The notes: a model not told the origin generated them from the letters alone. DNA of 64,000 nt from Mizuhopecten yessoensis (GCF_002113885.1 NW_018408804.1:183904-247903), one strand, 5' to 3'. Shown: positions 49,515 through 63,478, numbered from the stretch's first letter. Numbers and translations are program-made.

Positions 49515-52500
49515 CTTTTGTTTTAAGCTCGTGTCGTACTTTTGCTTTGTACACGTGCGCTACTCTTGTAATGTACATGTTCAGGACTTTAGTTTTGTAC
49601 ACGTGGGCTACCTTTGTTTTGTACACGTGGGCTACCTTTCTTTTGTACACGTGTTACCTTTGTTTTTTACACGTGGGCTACCTTTGTTTTGTTCACGTGG
49701 GCTACCTTTGTTTTGAACACGTGGGCTACCTTTTTTTTTACACGTGGGCTACCATTGTTTTGTACACGTGGGCTACCTTTATTTTGTACACCTGCACTAC
49801 TCTTGTTTTGTGCACGTGCGCTACTTTTGTAATGTACACGTGCAATACTCTAGTTTTGTACACGCGCGCTACACTTGTTTTGAACACGTGCGCTTCACTT
49901 GTTTTGTACACGTGCGCTACACTTGTTTTGAACACGTGCGCTTCACTTGTTTTGTACACGTGCGCTACACTTGTTTTGTACACGTGGGCTACTTTTGTTT
50001 TGTACACGTGTTACCTTTGTTTTGTACACGTGGGCTACCTTTGTTTTGTACACCTGCACTACTCTTGTTTTGTACACGTGCGCTACTTTTGTAATGTACA
50101 CGTGCGATACTCTAGTTTTGTACACGCGCGCTACACTTGTTTTGAACACGTGCGCTTCACTTGTTTTGTACACGTGCGCTACACTTGTTTTGTACACGTG
50201 CGCTACACTTGTTTTGTACACGTGGGCTACTTTTGTTTTGTACACGTGCGCTACACTTGTTTTGTACACGTGCGCTACACTTGTTTTGTACACATGGGCA
50301 ACTTTTGTTTTGTACACGTGTGCTACACCTGTTTTGTACAAGTTCAGTACTTTAGTTTTGTACACGTGTGCTACACTTGTTTTGTACATGTGGGCTACCT
50401 TTGTTTTGTACACGTGGGCTACCTTTGTTTTGTTCACGTGCGCTACACTTGTTTTGTACACGTGTTAATTTGGTTTTGTACACGTGGGCTAAACTTGTTT
50501 TGTACACGTGCGCTACACTTGTTTTGCACACATGCACTACACTTGTTCTGTACACGTGCGCTACACTTGTTTTGTACACGTGCGCTACACTTGCTTTGAA
50601 CACGTGCGCTACGCTTGTTTTGTACACAATCGCTATACTTGTTTTGCACACTTGCGCTACACTTGTTTTGTCCACGTGTTAATTTGGTTTTGTACACGTG
50701 GGCTAAACTTGTTTTGTACACGTGCGCTACACTTGTTTTGTACACGTGCGATACTCTTGTAATGTACATGTTCAGTACTTTTGTTTTGTACACGTGAGAT
50801 ACACTTGTTAGGTACTCGTGGGCTACCTTTGTTTTGTACACGTGGTCTACCTTTGTTTTGTACACCTGCACTACTCTTGTTTTGTACACGTGCGCTACTT
50901 TTGTAATGTACACGTGCGATACTCTAGATTTGTACACGTGCGCTACACTTGTTTTGAACACGTGCGCTACACTTGTTTTGTACACGTGCGCTACACTTGT
51001 TTTGCACACATACGCTACACTTGTTTTGTACACGTGTTACTTTTGTTTTGTACACGTGCGCTACTCTTGTTTTGTACACGTGCGCTACAGTTTTTTGTAC
51101 ACGTGTTACTTTTGTTTTGTACACGTGCTCTACTCTTGTTTTGTACACGTGCGCTACACTTTTTTGTACACGTGCGCTACACTCGTTTTGTACACGTGCG
51201 CTACACTTGTTTTGTACACTTGGGCAACCTTCTTTTGTACACGTGCGCTACCCTTGTTTGTACACGTGCGCTACACTTGTTTTGTACACGTGCGATACTC
51301 TTGTTTTGTACACGTGGGCACTTTTGTTTTGTACACGTGTGCTACACCTGTTTTGTACAAGTTCAGTACTTTAGTTTTGTACACGTGTGCTACACTTGTT
51401 TTGTACACGTGGGCTACCTTTGTTTTGTACACGTGGGCTACCTTTGTTTTGTACACGCGGGCTACCTTTGTTTTGTACACGTGTTACTTTTGTTTTGTAC
51501 ACGTGGGCTACCTTTGCTTTTTACACCTGCACTACCCTTGTTTTGTACACGTGCGCTACACTTGTTTTGTACACGTGCGCTACACCTGTTTTGTACACGT
51601 GCGCTCCACTTGTTTTGTACACGTGCGATACTCTTGTTTTGTACACGTGCGATACTCTTGTTTTGTACACGTGGGCAACTTTTGTTTTGTGCACGTGTGC
51701 TACTCCTGTTTTGAACAAGTTCAGTACTTTAATTTTGTACACGTGTGCTACATTTGTTTTGTACACGTGGGCTACCTTTGTTTTGTACACGTGTTACTTT
51801 TGTTTTGTACACGTGGGCTACCTTTGTTTTGTACATGTGGGCTACCTTTGTTTTGTATACCTGCACTACTCTTGTTTTGTACACGTGCGCTACACTTGTT
51901 TTGTACACGTGCGCTACACCTGTTTTGTACACCTGCGCTACACTTGTTTTGTACACGTGGGCAACTCTTGTTTTGTACCCGTGCGCTACACTTGTTTTGT
52001 ACACGTGCGCTACACTTGTTTTGTTCACGTGCGATTCTCTTGTTTTGTACACGTCGGCAACTTTTGTTTTGTACACGTGTGCTACACCTGTTTTGTACAC
52101 TTGCGCTACACTTGTTTTGTACACGTGCGCTACACTTGTTTTTCACACATGCGCTACACTTGTTTTGCACACATGCGCTACACTTGTTTTGTACACATGC
52201 GCTACACTTGTTTTGTACACATGCGCTACCTTTGTTTTGTACACGTGTGCTACACCTGTTTTTTACACGTGCGCTGCACTTGTTTTGTACACATGCGCTA
52301 CACTCGTTTTGTACATGTGTGCTACACTTGTTTTGAACACGTGCGCTACTCTTGTAATGTACATGTTCAGTACTTTAGTTTAGTACACGTGGACTACCTT
52401 TGTTTTGTACACGTGGCCTACCTTTGTTTTGTACACCTGCACTACTCTTGTTTTGTACAATTGCGCTACACTTGTTTTGTACACGTGCGCTACACCTGTT

Positions 52501-53258
52501 TTGTACACGTGCGCTACACTTGTTTTGTACACGTGGGCAACTTTTGTTTTGTACACGTGCGCTACACTTGTTTTGTACACGTGCGATACTCTTGTTTTGT
52601 ACACGTCGGCAACTTTTGTTTTGTACACGTGTGCTACACCTGTTTTGTACACTTGCGCTACACTTGTTTTGTACACGTGCGCTACACTTGTTTTGCACAC
52701 ATGCGCTACACTTGTTTCGTACACGTGCGCTACACTTGTTTTGTACACGTGCGCTACACTTTTTTTACAATTGCGCTACACTTGTTTTGTACATGTGTGC
52801 TACACTTGTTTTGAACACGTGCGCTACTCTTGTAATGGACATGTTCAGTACCTTAGTTTTGTACACGTGGGCTACACTTGTTTTGTACATGTGTGCTACA
52901 CTTGTTTTGTACACGTGCGCTACACTTGTTTTGTACACGTGCGCTACACTTGTTTTGTACACGTGCGCTACGCTTGTTTTGTACACAATCGCTATACTTG
53001 TTTTGCACACTTGCGCTACACTTGTTTTGTAAACGTGCGCTACACTTGTTTTGTACATGTGTGCTACACTTGTTTTGTACACGTGCACTACTCTTGTAAT
53101 GTACATGTTCAGTACTTTAGTTTTGTACTCGCCTTTGACACTTGTTTTGTACACGTGTTACTTTTGTTTTGTACACGTGTTACTTTTGTTTTGTACACGT
53201 GTTACTTTTGTTTTGTACACGTGGGCTACTTTTGTTTTGTACACGTGCGCTACTCTTG
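49515..53258 (+). repeat. 24-bp satellite array (ttgttttgtacacgtgcgctacac), ~155 copies
   Basis: Directly visible; source of all overlapping ORFs at 49.4-53.3 kb. Confidence 0.97.
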
Positions 53259-53259
53259 T

Positions 53260-53452
53260 AGGGCCGCGGTGGCCAAGTGGTTAAAGCCTCTGACATTCTG
53301 CTACCACTAGCCCTGCACCACTGGGTCGCAGGTTCGATACCTCCGTGGGGCAGTCGCCAGGTACTGGCCGTAGGTTGGTGGTTTTTCACCGTGAACTCCG
53401 GCTTTCGTCGACCACCAAAACCCGGCTCCTCCTTAAAACACAAACAAACAAC
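53260..53452 (+). mobile_element. tRNA-derived V-domain SINE, near full-length
   Basis: A-box tggccaagtgg, B-box ggttcgatacc, core ggtggtttttcaccgtgaactccggctttcgtcgacc, (caaa)n tail. Confidence 0.85.
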
Positions 53453-54831
53453 ACTCTTGTGTTCAAAACAGATTTTTCTTTTTTCACACTAAGAAATAAC
53501 TCCCCGGGGGCCGGATTTGGACTCCTATCGTATGGCTGTGAGATGCTGTAATCCATGCCACTGTTAGTTAGGCTTCTCAGCCATTTAACCATTTTCAAAG
53601 AATGTGTTTAGAAATACTAAAAGTCATCGAGACTCATTCAATAAATTTCTCTTCCATTTTTCGATTAGTCAGCAATTAGCGTGTTGAAAACCACCCTTAC
53701 ATAGCAATATACGATATCCCGGTATGCCAGAGGGATAACGTAAAAACTCCTATCATATCTACCTGACTTGCAGATTTATTTATTCATTTTTTCAAAATGT
53801 TATTATCCATTCCTTTTGCTGCTTGGATTTCAATATACATTGCAAAACGCTCGCATTTTTCATTAAAGTCATATTATTTCAAAATAACCAACAGTATCTG
53901 TGATAGCCATAAATCCCATTGAAACTAAAATCTCGAGAAAAAGTCCACATAGTATGCATAAGAAATTTGAATATCCACGGTAATTAGAGAAAGGGTTAAA
54001 TTCTCCCATTTTCCGTATAATTACCCTCCCGTCATAACGGTTCGTTGATTAGACGAGATAATGTCACTAGGTGAATGGCATTTTCCCGACTTTTTTCATT
54101 TAAACTTAAATTGTATCTCTGCTACTCTTTGTAATCGGACTTTTCCACAATGGTGTCAGAACTGACGCGGGAATCTTCACCTAATGGGTTTATAATACGC
54201 CCTGTATCTGTAAATATATAGCTAGTCATTTTCGATTTTCCGACTTCTACGACGGCTCCTTTGCTCACTTGATAAAGATAGCACTGTATCGAAACGTCCC
54301 TTTACACCGAGCCCCGAAGTTAACCTGTTTATAACCACCGTCTATGTGACTCTAACCACAAATTACCTTCATAGTTTCTTAATACTCGGCCAAAGTCAAC
54401 ACGAGGTCAATGATTTATGACCTTGTCAACTCTACAAAAGTAATTATTAATAAATAAAAAAACAACAACAATGTACGTAATATTTTCAATATAAAACAAA
54501 ATCAAAATCAAAATTAATTGTTATAAAACTACATGCGACGCCATACGTTGAGAATTCCAACCGTATAGGAAAACAATAAAGCGTTGTACAGGAACGGAAG
54601 CAATTCACGTTTCGAAAAGTGAAGCTAACAATTCATTGTATGCTAAAAGACGAAACACGGAAATGTGTCCAGACGTCAAGGTCCTGGATCAGGTTCCCGG
54701 GGAATTTAACAATTAAAATTATATTAAACTTTATGGCTAGTTTTCTACTATTAAGGATAAATGGTTCCTACTAACTTTTCATAATAAACACTAGTGAACG
54801 ACGCCACTGAAGGAAGTCAAACAATAATAAT

Positions 54832-55121
54832 AAAACATGTAATGTCGGCCTAAAACATGTAATGTCGGCCCAAAACATGTAATGTCGGCCTAAAACATGT
54901 AATGTCGGCCCAAAACATTAATGTCGGCCCAAAATATGTAATGTCGGCCCAAAACATGTAATGTCGGCCTAAAACATGTAATGTCGGCCTAAAACATGTA
55001 ATGTCGGCCCAAAACATGTAATGTCGGCCTAAAACATGTAATGTCGGCCCAAAACATGTAATGTCGGCCCAAAACATGTAATGTCGGCCCATAACATGTA
55101 ATGTCTGCCCAAAATATGTAA
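54832..55121 (+). repeat. 20-bp minisatellite (aaaacatgtaatgtcggccc), ~14 copies
   Basis: Directly visible. Confidence 0.95.
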
Positions 55122-55233
55122 CGGTATTTCTGTAAAAAAACCAACACCTTTCAAACAATTAATGCAGCTCATTCGATTTAAATAGTATAGATACATATGA
55201 AAGCAAGGTAAAACCTTACAACCCTTGGATTTG

Positions 55234-55965
55234 AAAGCAGACCTGTGCGACATTACACAAAGCAGACCTGTGTGACAATACAGAAAGCAGACCTGTGCGA
55301 CATTATACAAAGCAGGCCTGTGAGACATTACACAAAGCAGACCTGCGCGTCATTACACAAATCAGGCATGTGCGTCATTACACAAAGCAGGCATGTGCGT
55401 CATTACACAAAGCATACCTGTGTGACGTTACACAAAGCAGACCTGTGTGCCATTACACAAAGCAGACCTGTGGGAAATTAAGCAAAGCAGACCTGTGCGA
55501 CATTATACAAAGCAGGCCTGTGAGACATTACACAAAGCAGACCTGTATGACATTACACAAAGCAGACCTGTGCCACATTACACAAAGCAGGCCTGTTTGA
55601 CATTACACAAAGCAGACCTGTTTGACATTACACAAAGCAGACCTGCGCGTCATTACACAAATCAGGCATGTGCGTCATTACACAAAGCATACCTGTGCGA
55701 CATTACACAAAGCAGACCTGTATGACATTACACAAAGCAGACCTGTGTGACATTACACAAAGCAGACCTGTGCGTCATTACACAAATCAGGCATGTGCGT
55801 CATTACACAAAGCATACCTGTGTGACATTACACAAAGCAGACCTGTGTGACAATACACAAAGCAGACCTGTGCGACATTACACAAAGCAGACCTGTGCGA
55901 CATTACACAAAGCAGACCTGTTTGACATTACACAAAGCAGACCTGTGCGTCATTACACAAAGCAG
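55234..55965 (+). repeat. 25-bp minisatellite (aaagcagacctgtgcgacattacac), ~29 copies
   Basis: Directly visible. Confidence 0.95.
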
Positions 55966-56482
55966 GTGAATATTTTTCAGATCAGGTCCGTAAATCAGGG
56001 ATAGACCGAAGCTGAAGTCCACAATTGTTTTATTATATGACATTTTACAATAAGATTAATAAAAAAAATTGTCGTAAACAAATGGATGGCATGGACCATT
56101 TTGGAATCACAGATTGAAGGACTTCAAATACAAAATAACATACACAAAAATTGAATTTCACTTTCAATTCATGTGATATTTAATTTTAAGTCAATATTAT
56201 TTGCACAATCGTCTTATTAATAATATTCACATAGTTCAGAATTTGATGAGATAATTAATTTGTTGTTGAATTCAGTAGTGTGATTGGTAACAGAATTACA
56301 ATCTGGCTGGGAAATTACCTAGACCTATTTTTAGTAGCGGTCTGTTACACTTTTCTATTTATAGGTCGAGGTCTGTAACACTTTTCTATTCATAGAATGA
56401 GGTCTGTTACATATTTACAGACTCGTCACATGACGTCGCTCCTCCGATCAGGGCTGGGAATTAGCACCAGTCATATAATAAT

Positions 56483-56576
56483 ACACAAAGCAGACCTGTG
56501 CGTCATTACACAAAGCAGACCTGTGCGACATTACACAAAGCAGACCTGTGTGACATTACACAAAGCAGACCTGTGT
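56483..56576 (+). repeat. Second short block of the same 25-bp minisatellite
   Basis: Same unit as 55234-55965, separated from it by ~520 bp of unique sequence. Confidence 0.9.
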
Positions 56577-56774
56577 TTTCTAGTAAACATACATTCATTC
56601 AGAACTTTCAAAACCAAATATACTGCGAAATTTTTCCGATAAAATGTAAGGGTCAACGATTTCACACACTTGAAGCTATAGTACAGAAGCACATTCCACT
56701 ACTCAATACTACATTGTTTAAGAATAAAGGAAGCGTTACTCTCACTAAAATTGATATTCCCAGACCCTTGTAGA

Positions 56775-56872
56775 TTACCACACGGTGTTATTAGGGTTTG
56801 TCGTGAGAACAATGTTTTCATCGCCATGAGGAAATTGTTCCCACGACAAACCCTGAAAACACAATGTGGTAA
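56775..56872. mobile_element. ~98-bp hairpin MITE
   Basis: ttaccacacggtgttattagggtttgtcgtgagaacaat / attgttcccacgacaaaccctgaaaacacaatgtggtaa; a partial related copy lies at ~57240. Confidence 0.75.
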
Positions 56873-58830
56873 ACTGTTTATCATCTATATACTACTATCT
56901 TATATATTTCTGCATTCATTAAAGATCAGCTAAACACCATGTCTTTTAAATGATTTCTAGGCTCGATGATCACTGAGAGCATCGGTATGTGACAAATATA
57001 AACAAATAGAAGATTTGCGCGGAAGAATATCATGGACCTTAAAAACTATGTAGAAAAATGTCATCATCATTTGCTTTCCCATGTGCACATCTATATACGC
57101 TTTAAAAGGCCAGTGTTGTTACCCTCACAATGTTTTTTATGGCTTTATAATTATTTGTTTATGACGGACTATTTTCTAACGCGGATCACCTTTGTGTGGA
57201 TATTATTTCCGATTAAGGACGTCAACTGGCGCGAGCAGACCGGTGTTATCAGGGTTTATCGTCTTCTTTTTTGGAGAAAATGCGTTCACAATCCGATAAA
57301 CTATATCTTTAATTCCATTCCGAGACTCTACGTCGTTGACTGGAGCGTATCGAGTATCGGAGTGGAATCAAAGATCTGGTTTTAATCAGATTGATATATT
57401 CTCAAATGGGAAAATCCATTCTCAAGTTGTTCTCAAAATTGTTCTAACGACAAATCCTGAAGACACAGCGTGATAATCAATATTTCTACAACCTTTCTAA
57501 TCCGACATGTTTCTCATTCTCCTTCAATTCTCACAAGTTACTATTCTCAATCTATTTTTATTCTCAATCTGTTCCCACTCACACATCTTTACAACTTCAC
57601 ACCTTAATGACTGTTACACCTAACTAATCTCACCCTCTGCCATTCTACTGTTCTGACACTCCTTCGACTAATCCACAGACTAATCAAGAAATCAATGAAA
57701 AACTCTTTAACCCAGTGCTAACCGGAAGGCTGGGTCATTTCTGATATACTTTGGAGATTTAAAATAAGACGTTTTGTTCGGCGATTTTTCGTGCAGATGG
57801 ACCTCCAAGGACCTTCAAGCTCGTAGTTATATGGCTATCATAGTTTTAAAATTCTTCTTTTTGAAACGTTTATTAAGACATAATTGACATCTTAGAGAAA
57901 AAACATTGATTTAACATCTTTACAAACAAAAATCGAGGTAAAAAATGTCGAACACTCATAATTCCTATTTTTAAATAGTTTGAAATAAAATAATCTCGTG
58001 ACGTCATGCAATCTATATATATAGAGTATAATAGTCATTATTGCTAACCAGTGGTGTATACGTATATGGCTAGGTAGATACAGAGAGGAGACGACCTAAC
58101 AATACTATCGGAAGATCCTTGTTATCTATCGATAAAACCGATCCCTGAGTCAGGCATGTACATCATGTTTAAAATAACCTCACGTGCATGCAACCGATTC
58201 CGAGGCTTTACGGGGTTACAACGATCACTATCTGTATGTCTATATCTAAAGTGACTCAATATTGCCCTTTTCTAATTTTAAAGTTCGTTTACATTATCTG
58301 TAAACAAAATGCTGATGCAGATTGGATAATACACCAGAACAGAAATGTTGTTTTATTTTAACCATGAACACTTGTTACTCCACATACAAAATAATCCCGA
58401 TCCTTCTGATAGCGTTTTTCTAGTGTACGCTCCACGCTACAAGGATGGACCAGCTCTTCGACAGCATTTCCAGACCTTTCTTGTTTTCTGATTCATATCC
58501 TATTTCTGTCCGGTGCCTCCATGACTTAAGTATCTTGTTGACCTGGAATCAGTTTTTGAATGATACCAGACCTCACCTTGAAATATCATCCTTTATTGCT
58601 ATGACTGTTGACTTTGTATAGGAACGAACGTACCCGAAAGGACTTTGAACAAACATCGTGTTGTGAAGAAAATTTAATAGATGAAAAAATCGAATATGAA
58701 CACTCACACACAACAACAGGTTTTGGAAAAGGTAAGCCTCTTCTGCTTCACAGACAAAACCCGCCATGTAAATCTAAGTCAAATCCAAATAATGTCACGT
58801 CAAGTGGGAACCGCAGCAGTGACCACGGAT

Positions 58831-60036
58831 CCACGAGTTTACTGATGACCACGAAACCACTAGTTCAATGATATGTACGGAGACGTCCCCCTAAACCACG
58901 AGTTTACTGATGAGCACGGAGACGTCCAATTAAACCACGAGTTTACTGATGAGCACGAAGACGTCCACCTAAACCACGAGTTTACTGATAAGCACGGAGA
59001 CGTCCACCTAAACCACGAGTTTACTGATGAGCACGGAGACGTACACCTATTCCACGAGTTTACTGATGAGCACGGAGACGTCCACCTAAACAACGAGTTT
59101 ACTGATGAGCACTGAGACGTACACCTACACAACGAGTTAACTGATGAGCACGGAGACGTCAACCTAAGCAACGAGTTTACTGATGAGCACGGAGACGTAC
59201 ACCTATTCCACGAGTTTACTGATGAGCACGGAGACGTCCACCTAAACCACGAGTTTACTGATAAGCACGGAGACGTCCACCTAAACAACGAGTTAACTGA
59301 TGAGCACGGAGACGTCCACCTAAGCCACGAGTTTACTGATGAGCACGGAGACGTCCACCTAAACAACGAGTTTACTGATGAGCACGGAGACGTCCACCTA
59401 AGCCACGAGTTTACTGATGAGCACGAAGACGTCCACCTAAACAACGAGTTAACTGATGAGCACGGAGACGTCCACCTAAACCACGAGTTTACTGATAAGC
59501 ACGGAGACGTCCACCTAAACAACGAGTTTACTGATGAGCACGGAGACGTCCACCTAAGCCACGAGTTTACTGATGAGCACGGAGACGTCCACCTAAACAA
59601 CGAGTTTACTGATGAGCACGGAGACGTCCACCTAAGCCACGAGTTTACTGATGAGCACGAAGACGTCCACCTAAACAACGAGTTAACTGATGAGCACGGA
59701 GACGTCCACCTAAACCACGAGTTTACTGATAAGCACGGAGACGTCCACCTAAACAACGAGTTTACTGATGAGCACGGAGACGTCCACCTAAGCCACGAGT
59801 TTACTGATGAGCACGGAGACGTCCACCTAAACAACGAGTTTACTGATGAGCACGAAGACGTCCACCTAAACCCAAGTTAACTGATGAGCACGGAGACGTC
59901 CACCTAAGCCACGAGTTTACTGAAGAGCACGGAGAATTCCACCTAAACAACGAGTTTACTGATGAGCACGGAGACGTCCACCTAAGCCACGAGTTAACTG
60001 ATGAGCACGGAGACGTCCACCTAAACCACGAGTTTA
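58831..60036 (+). repeat. 39-bp minisatellite (cacgagtttactgatgagcacggagacgtccacctaaac), ~30 copies, with a 234-bp higher-order period
   Basis: Directly visible; the pattern of variant units recurs every 6 units. Confidence 0.95.
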
Positions 60037-60104
60037 TTTGTGAAAAGCACAAAGCCTAACAAATGTACCGGTGACGGCATTCTTATGGGAACTAACTGCG
60101 CTTC

Positions 60105-61815
60105 CTCCTGGCTGACCTTTGCCCCTCTCCTGGCTGACTTTTGTCCCTCTCCTGGCTGACCCTTGTCCCTCTCCTGGCTGACCTTTGCCCCTCTCCTTGC
60201 TGACCTTTGCCCCTCTCCTGGCTGACCTTTGCCCCTCTCCTGGCTGATCCTTGTCCCTCTCCTGGCTGACCTTTATCCCTCTCCTTGCTGACCTTTGCCC
60301 CTCTCCTGGCTGACCTTTGCCCCTCTCCTGGCTGACCTTTGCCCCTCTCCTGGCTGACCTTTGCCCCTCTCCTGGCTGACCTTTGCCCCTCTCCTGGCTG
60401 ACCTTTGTCCCTCTCCTGGCTGACCTTTGTCCCTCTCCTGGCTGACCCTTGTCCCTCTCCTGGCTGACCTTTGTCCCTCTCCTGGCTGACCCTTGTCCCT
60501 CTCCTGGCTGACCCTTGTCCCTCTCCTGGCTGACCTTTGCCCCTCTCCTGGCTGACCTTTGCCCCTCTCCTGGCTGACCTTTGCCCCTCTCCTGGCTGAC
60601 CTTTGCCCCTCTCCTGGCTGACCTTTGTCCCTCTCCTGGCTGACCTTTGTCCCTCTCCTGGCTGACCCTTGTCCCTCTCCTGGCTGACCCTTGTCCCTCT
60701 CCTGGCTGACCTTTGCCCCTCTCCTGGCTGACCTTTGCCCCTCTCCTGGCTGATCCTTGTCCCTCTCCTGGCTGACCTTTGTCCCTCTCCTGGCTGACCT
60801 TTGCCCCTCTCCTGGCTGACCTTTGCCCCTCTCCTGGCTGACCTTTGCCCCTCTCCTGGCTGACCTTTGCCCCTCTCCTGGCTGACCTTTGTCCCTCTCC
60901 TGGCTGACCTTTGCCCCTCTCCTGGCTGACCTTTGCCCCTCTCCTGGCTGACCTTTGCCCCTCTCCTGGCTGACCTTTGCCCCTCTCCTGGCTGACCTTT
61001 GCCCCTCTCCTGGCTGACCTTTGCCCCTCTCCTGGCTGACCTTTGCCCCTCTCCTGGCTGACCTTTGCCCCTCTCCTGGCTGACCTTTGCCCCTCTCCTG
61101 GCTGACCTTTGCCCCTCTCCTGGCTGACCTTTGTCCCTCTCCTGGCTGACCATTGTCCCTCTCCTGGCTGACCCTTGTCTCTCTCCTGGCTAACCTTTGT
61201 CCTTCTCCTGGCTGACCCTTGTCACTCTCCTGACTGACCTTTGTCCCTCTCCTGGCTGACCCTTGTCCCTCTCCTGGCTGACCTTTACCCCTCTCCTGGC
61301 TGACCCTTGTCCCTCTCCTGGCTGACCTTTGCCCCTCTCCTGGCTGACCTTTGCCCCTCTCCTGGCTGACCCTTGTCCTTCTCCTGGCTGACCTTTGTCC
61401 CTCTCATTGCTGACCATTGTCCCTCTCCTGGCTGACCTTTGTCTCTCTCCCGGCTGGCCCTTGTCCCTCTCCTGGCTGACCTTTTTCCCTCTCCTGGCTA
61501 ACCTTTGTCCTTCTCCTGGCTGACCCGTGTCCCCTCCTGGCTGACATTTGCCCCTCTCTTGGCTGACCCTTGTCCCTCTGCTGGCTGACCATTGTCCCTC
61601 TCCTGGCTGACCCTTGTCCCTCTCCTGGCTGACCCTTGTCCCTCTCCTGGCTGACCTTTGCCCCTCTCCTGGCTGACCTTTGCCCCTCTCCTGGCTGACC
61701 TTTGCCCCTCTCCTGGCTGACCCTTGTCCTTCTCCTGGCTGACCTTTGTCCCTCTCATTGCTGACCATTGTCCCTCTCCTGGCTGACCTTTGTCTCTCTC
61801 CTGGCTGACCTTTGT
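60105..61815 (+). repeat. 22-bp pyrimidine-rich minisatellite (cctggctgacctttgcccctct), ~77 copies
   Basis: Directly visible; source of the 353-aa and 220-aa minus-strand repeat ORFs. Confidence 0.97.
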
Positions 61816-63177
61816 TCAGATTTATCGACGACGTGGTGTCTTTGAATAACAATAGATTTATTGACCAAGTCGATTCTCTCTACATTCTACATAGAGAGGG
61901 CCTGTCATTCTCTACTGAACAAAGGAAGAACAGCTGACACTAATATTGGTATAGCCTTGTTCTATCACCTCTCTTTTATAAACAATATTCGCTCTAAGAT
62001 ATTCCTGTTATTTCTTTTCAAGTTCTCAATATTTGATAAATATATTGCTTGTAAATAAATTTAATAAAACGTCGACGGTGTTTAAGTGAAAGTATGCGTG
62101 TATATGGATGTATAGGAGATAACTACTTTAACAGGAACATAACTCTAAAGCCTGTTTATAGCGGAGTATTACTACCTTTAGATAATATCTGCATCGAGCA
62201 ATATGAATGATATATTTACTATAATGTAAATTACATGTACCGGGAATTCAAAAATACTGGAAAATGGAAAAAAGAAATACGAACCCCTCACCAAGTAGTA
62301 CTAGCAATCAGCGCGCGTTTCTTACAATGATTGAACGATATTTTTGCAATTGGCATACCGATACCAACGGTAAAATATCTTACATACATACACCATGACT
62401 CCGACCGTGAATTACATTTTATCATTTACGTATCGGTTAGTGTTTCCCAATTATTGCTGCATCTGTGTGTGTATCTCGACACTGATACTGTGATAATGGC
62501 GAGGCAACAATCTTGGTCTTTTTAACGATTGTTTTAAAGCTTTTCACAGTGTTATTTGAAGCAGACTTCTAAGCGTCAAACTGACCAATAAACCCCGTTT
62601 GGACACAACTTCAATTCTGATTTGTTTCATGAAACTTTAATGTAACTATATATGATCAGAAATAGTTCGTGTTAGGGATCGGGATTGTCGACGTCATTTC
62701 TGTTACGTTCGCGGTAAGGTAGATATTGTTGAGAAAACATATATGTTACCTAATTGTAGCATAAAAATAATGCACGTTATAAAGGATTTTAAAGTCACAT
62801 TTCTTCTTTGTTTTTCTACATATGTTTTTAACAATTCAGGACGGATTTTAATTCTTTTGACTTTAAGTCTGACAACCGAATCCGTAATTGGCGATATGGC
62901 CATATGATGACGTAAATATTTACCTTTATTGGCGTTTTGCTTTGACTAACCAAATTTTTAAATCGGTGCTTCCATCATTTGTATGTCTAGTGAGTATTCC
63001 TTTGTTTTTCTATATTGACGGCACAGTGCTAGTTTATAAACAACACGTTTCATTAATAATGATATATATTTCTGATTATATTACTGCCTGCGTGACACCG
63101 ACGATTCTAGAAAAGATGTCAGCTTCCAACTCCAAGATTTGAGAAAATTATTTTGTTTTACTCGTTAACAACCTTAC

Positions 63178-63376
63178 ATAGCTGCTCAGTGTATGTTATG
63201 GTAGACAATGCAATGGTCTGACTTTTCAATGATAGGTCGCTATAGCTACTCAGTGTATGTTACGGTAGACAATGGTCTGACTTTTCAATGATAGGTCGCT
63301 ATAGCTACTCAGTGTATGTTACGGTAGACAATGGTCTGACTTTTTAATGATAGGTCGCTATAGCTACTCAGTGTAT
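63178..63376 (+). repeat. ~59-bp tandem repeat, ~3.3 copies
   Basis: atagctactcagtgtatgttacggtagacaatggtctgacttttcaatgataggtcgct repeated. Confidence 0.9.
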
Positions 63377-63478
63377 TGAAGCGGTTGATTCTTTGTTAAT
63401 TACATTGTTCAATAAATGATCGTTAGTATAGACTTGCTTTAGTTATTTCTTTGTAATTAGGAAGTAAGAGTAGTTTTG

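Noticed and set aside
49438-53310. Many overlapping ORFs up to 500 aa (LVLYTCAT / CFVHVRYT / YKTSVAHV repeats)
   Set aside because: They are translations of the 24-bp satellite on both strands with frequent frameshifts.
53261-53345. tRNA-like sequences at 53261, 29203, ~39780-39860 and ~22240-22309
   Set aside because: They have A/B boxes but no proper cloverleaf, and are followed by (or match copies followed by) a shared SINE body, so they are SINE heads rather than tRNA genes.
58622-58731. Exon-like block on + (tag| ... AAG|GTAAGC)
   Set aside because: No partner exons or recognisable protein were found, and the region may be a decayed retroelement end on the opposite strand; support is insufficient.
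60092-61852. 353-aa and 220-aa G/Q/R-rich 'collagen-like' ORFs
   Set aside because: The 22-bp unit is not a multiple of 3, the same peptide cycles through all frames, and there is no Gly-X-Y periodicity or splice context.
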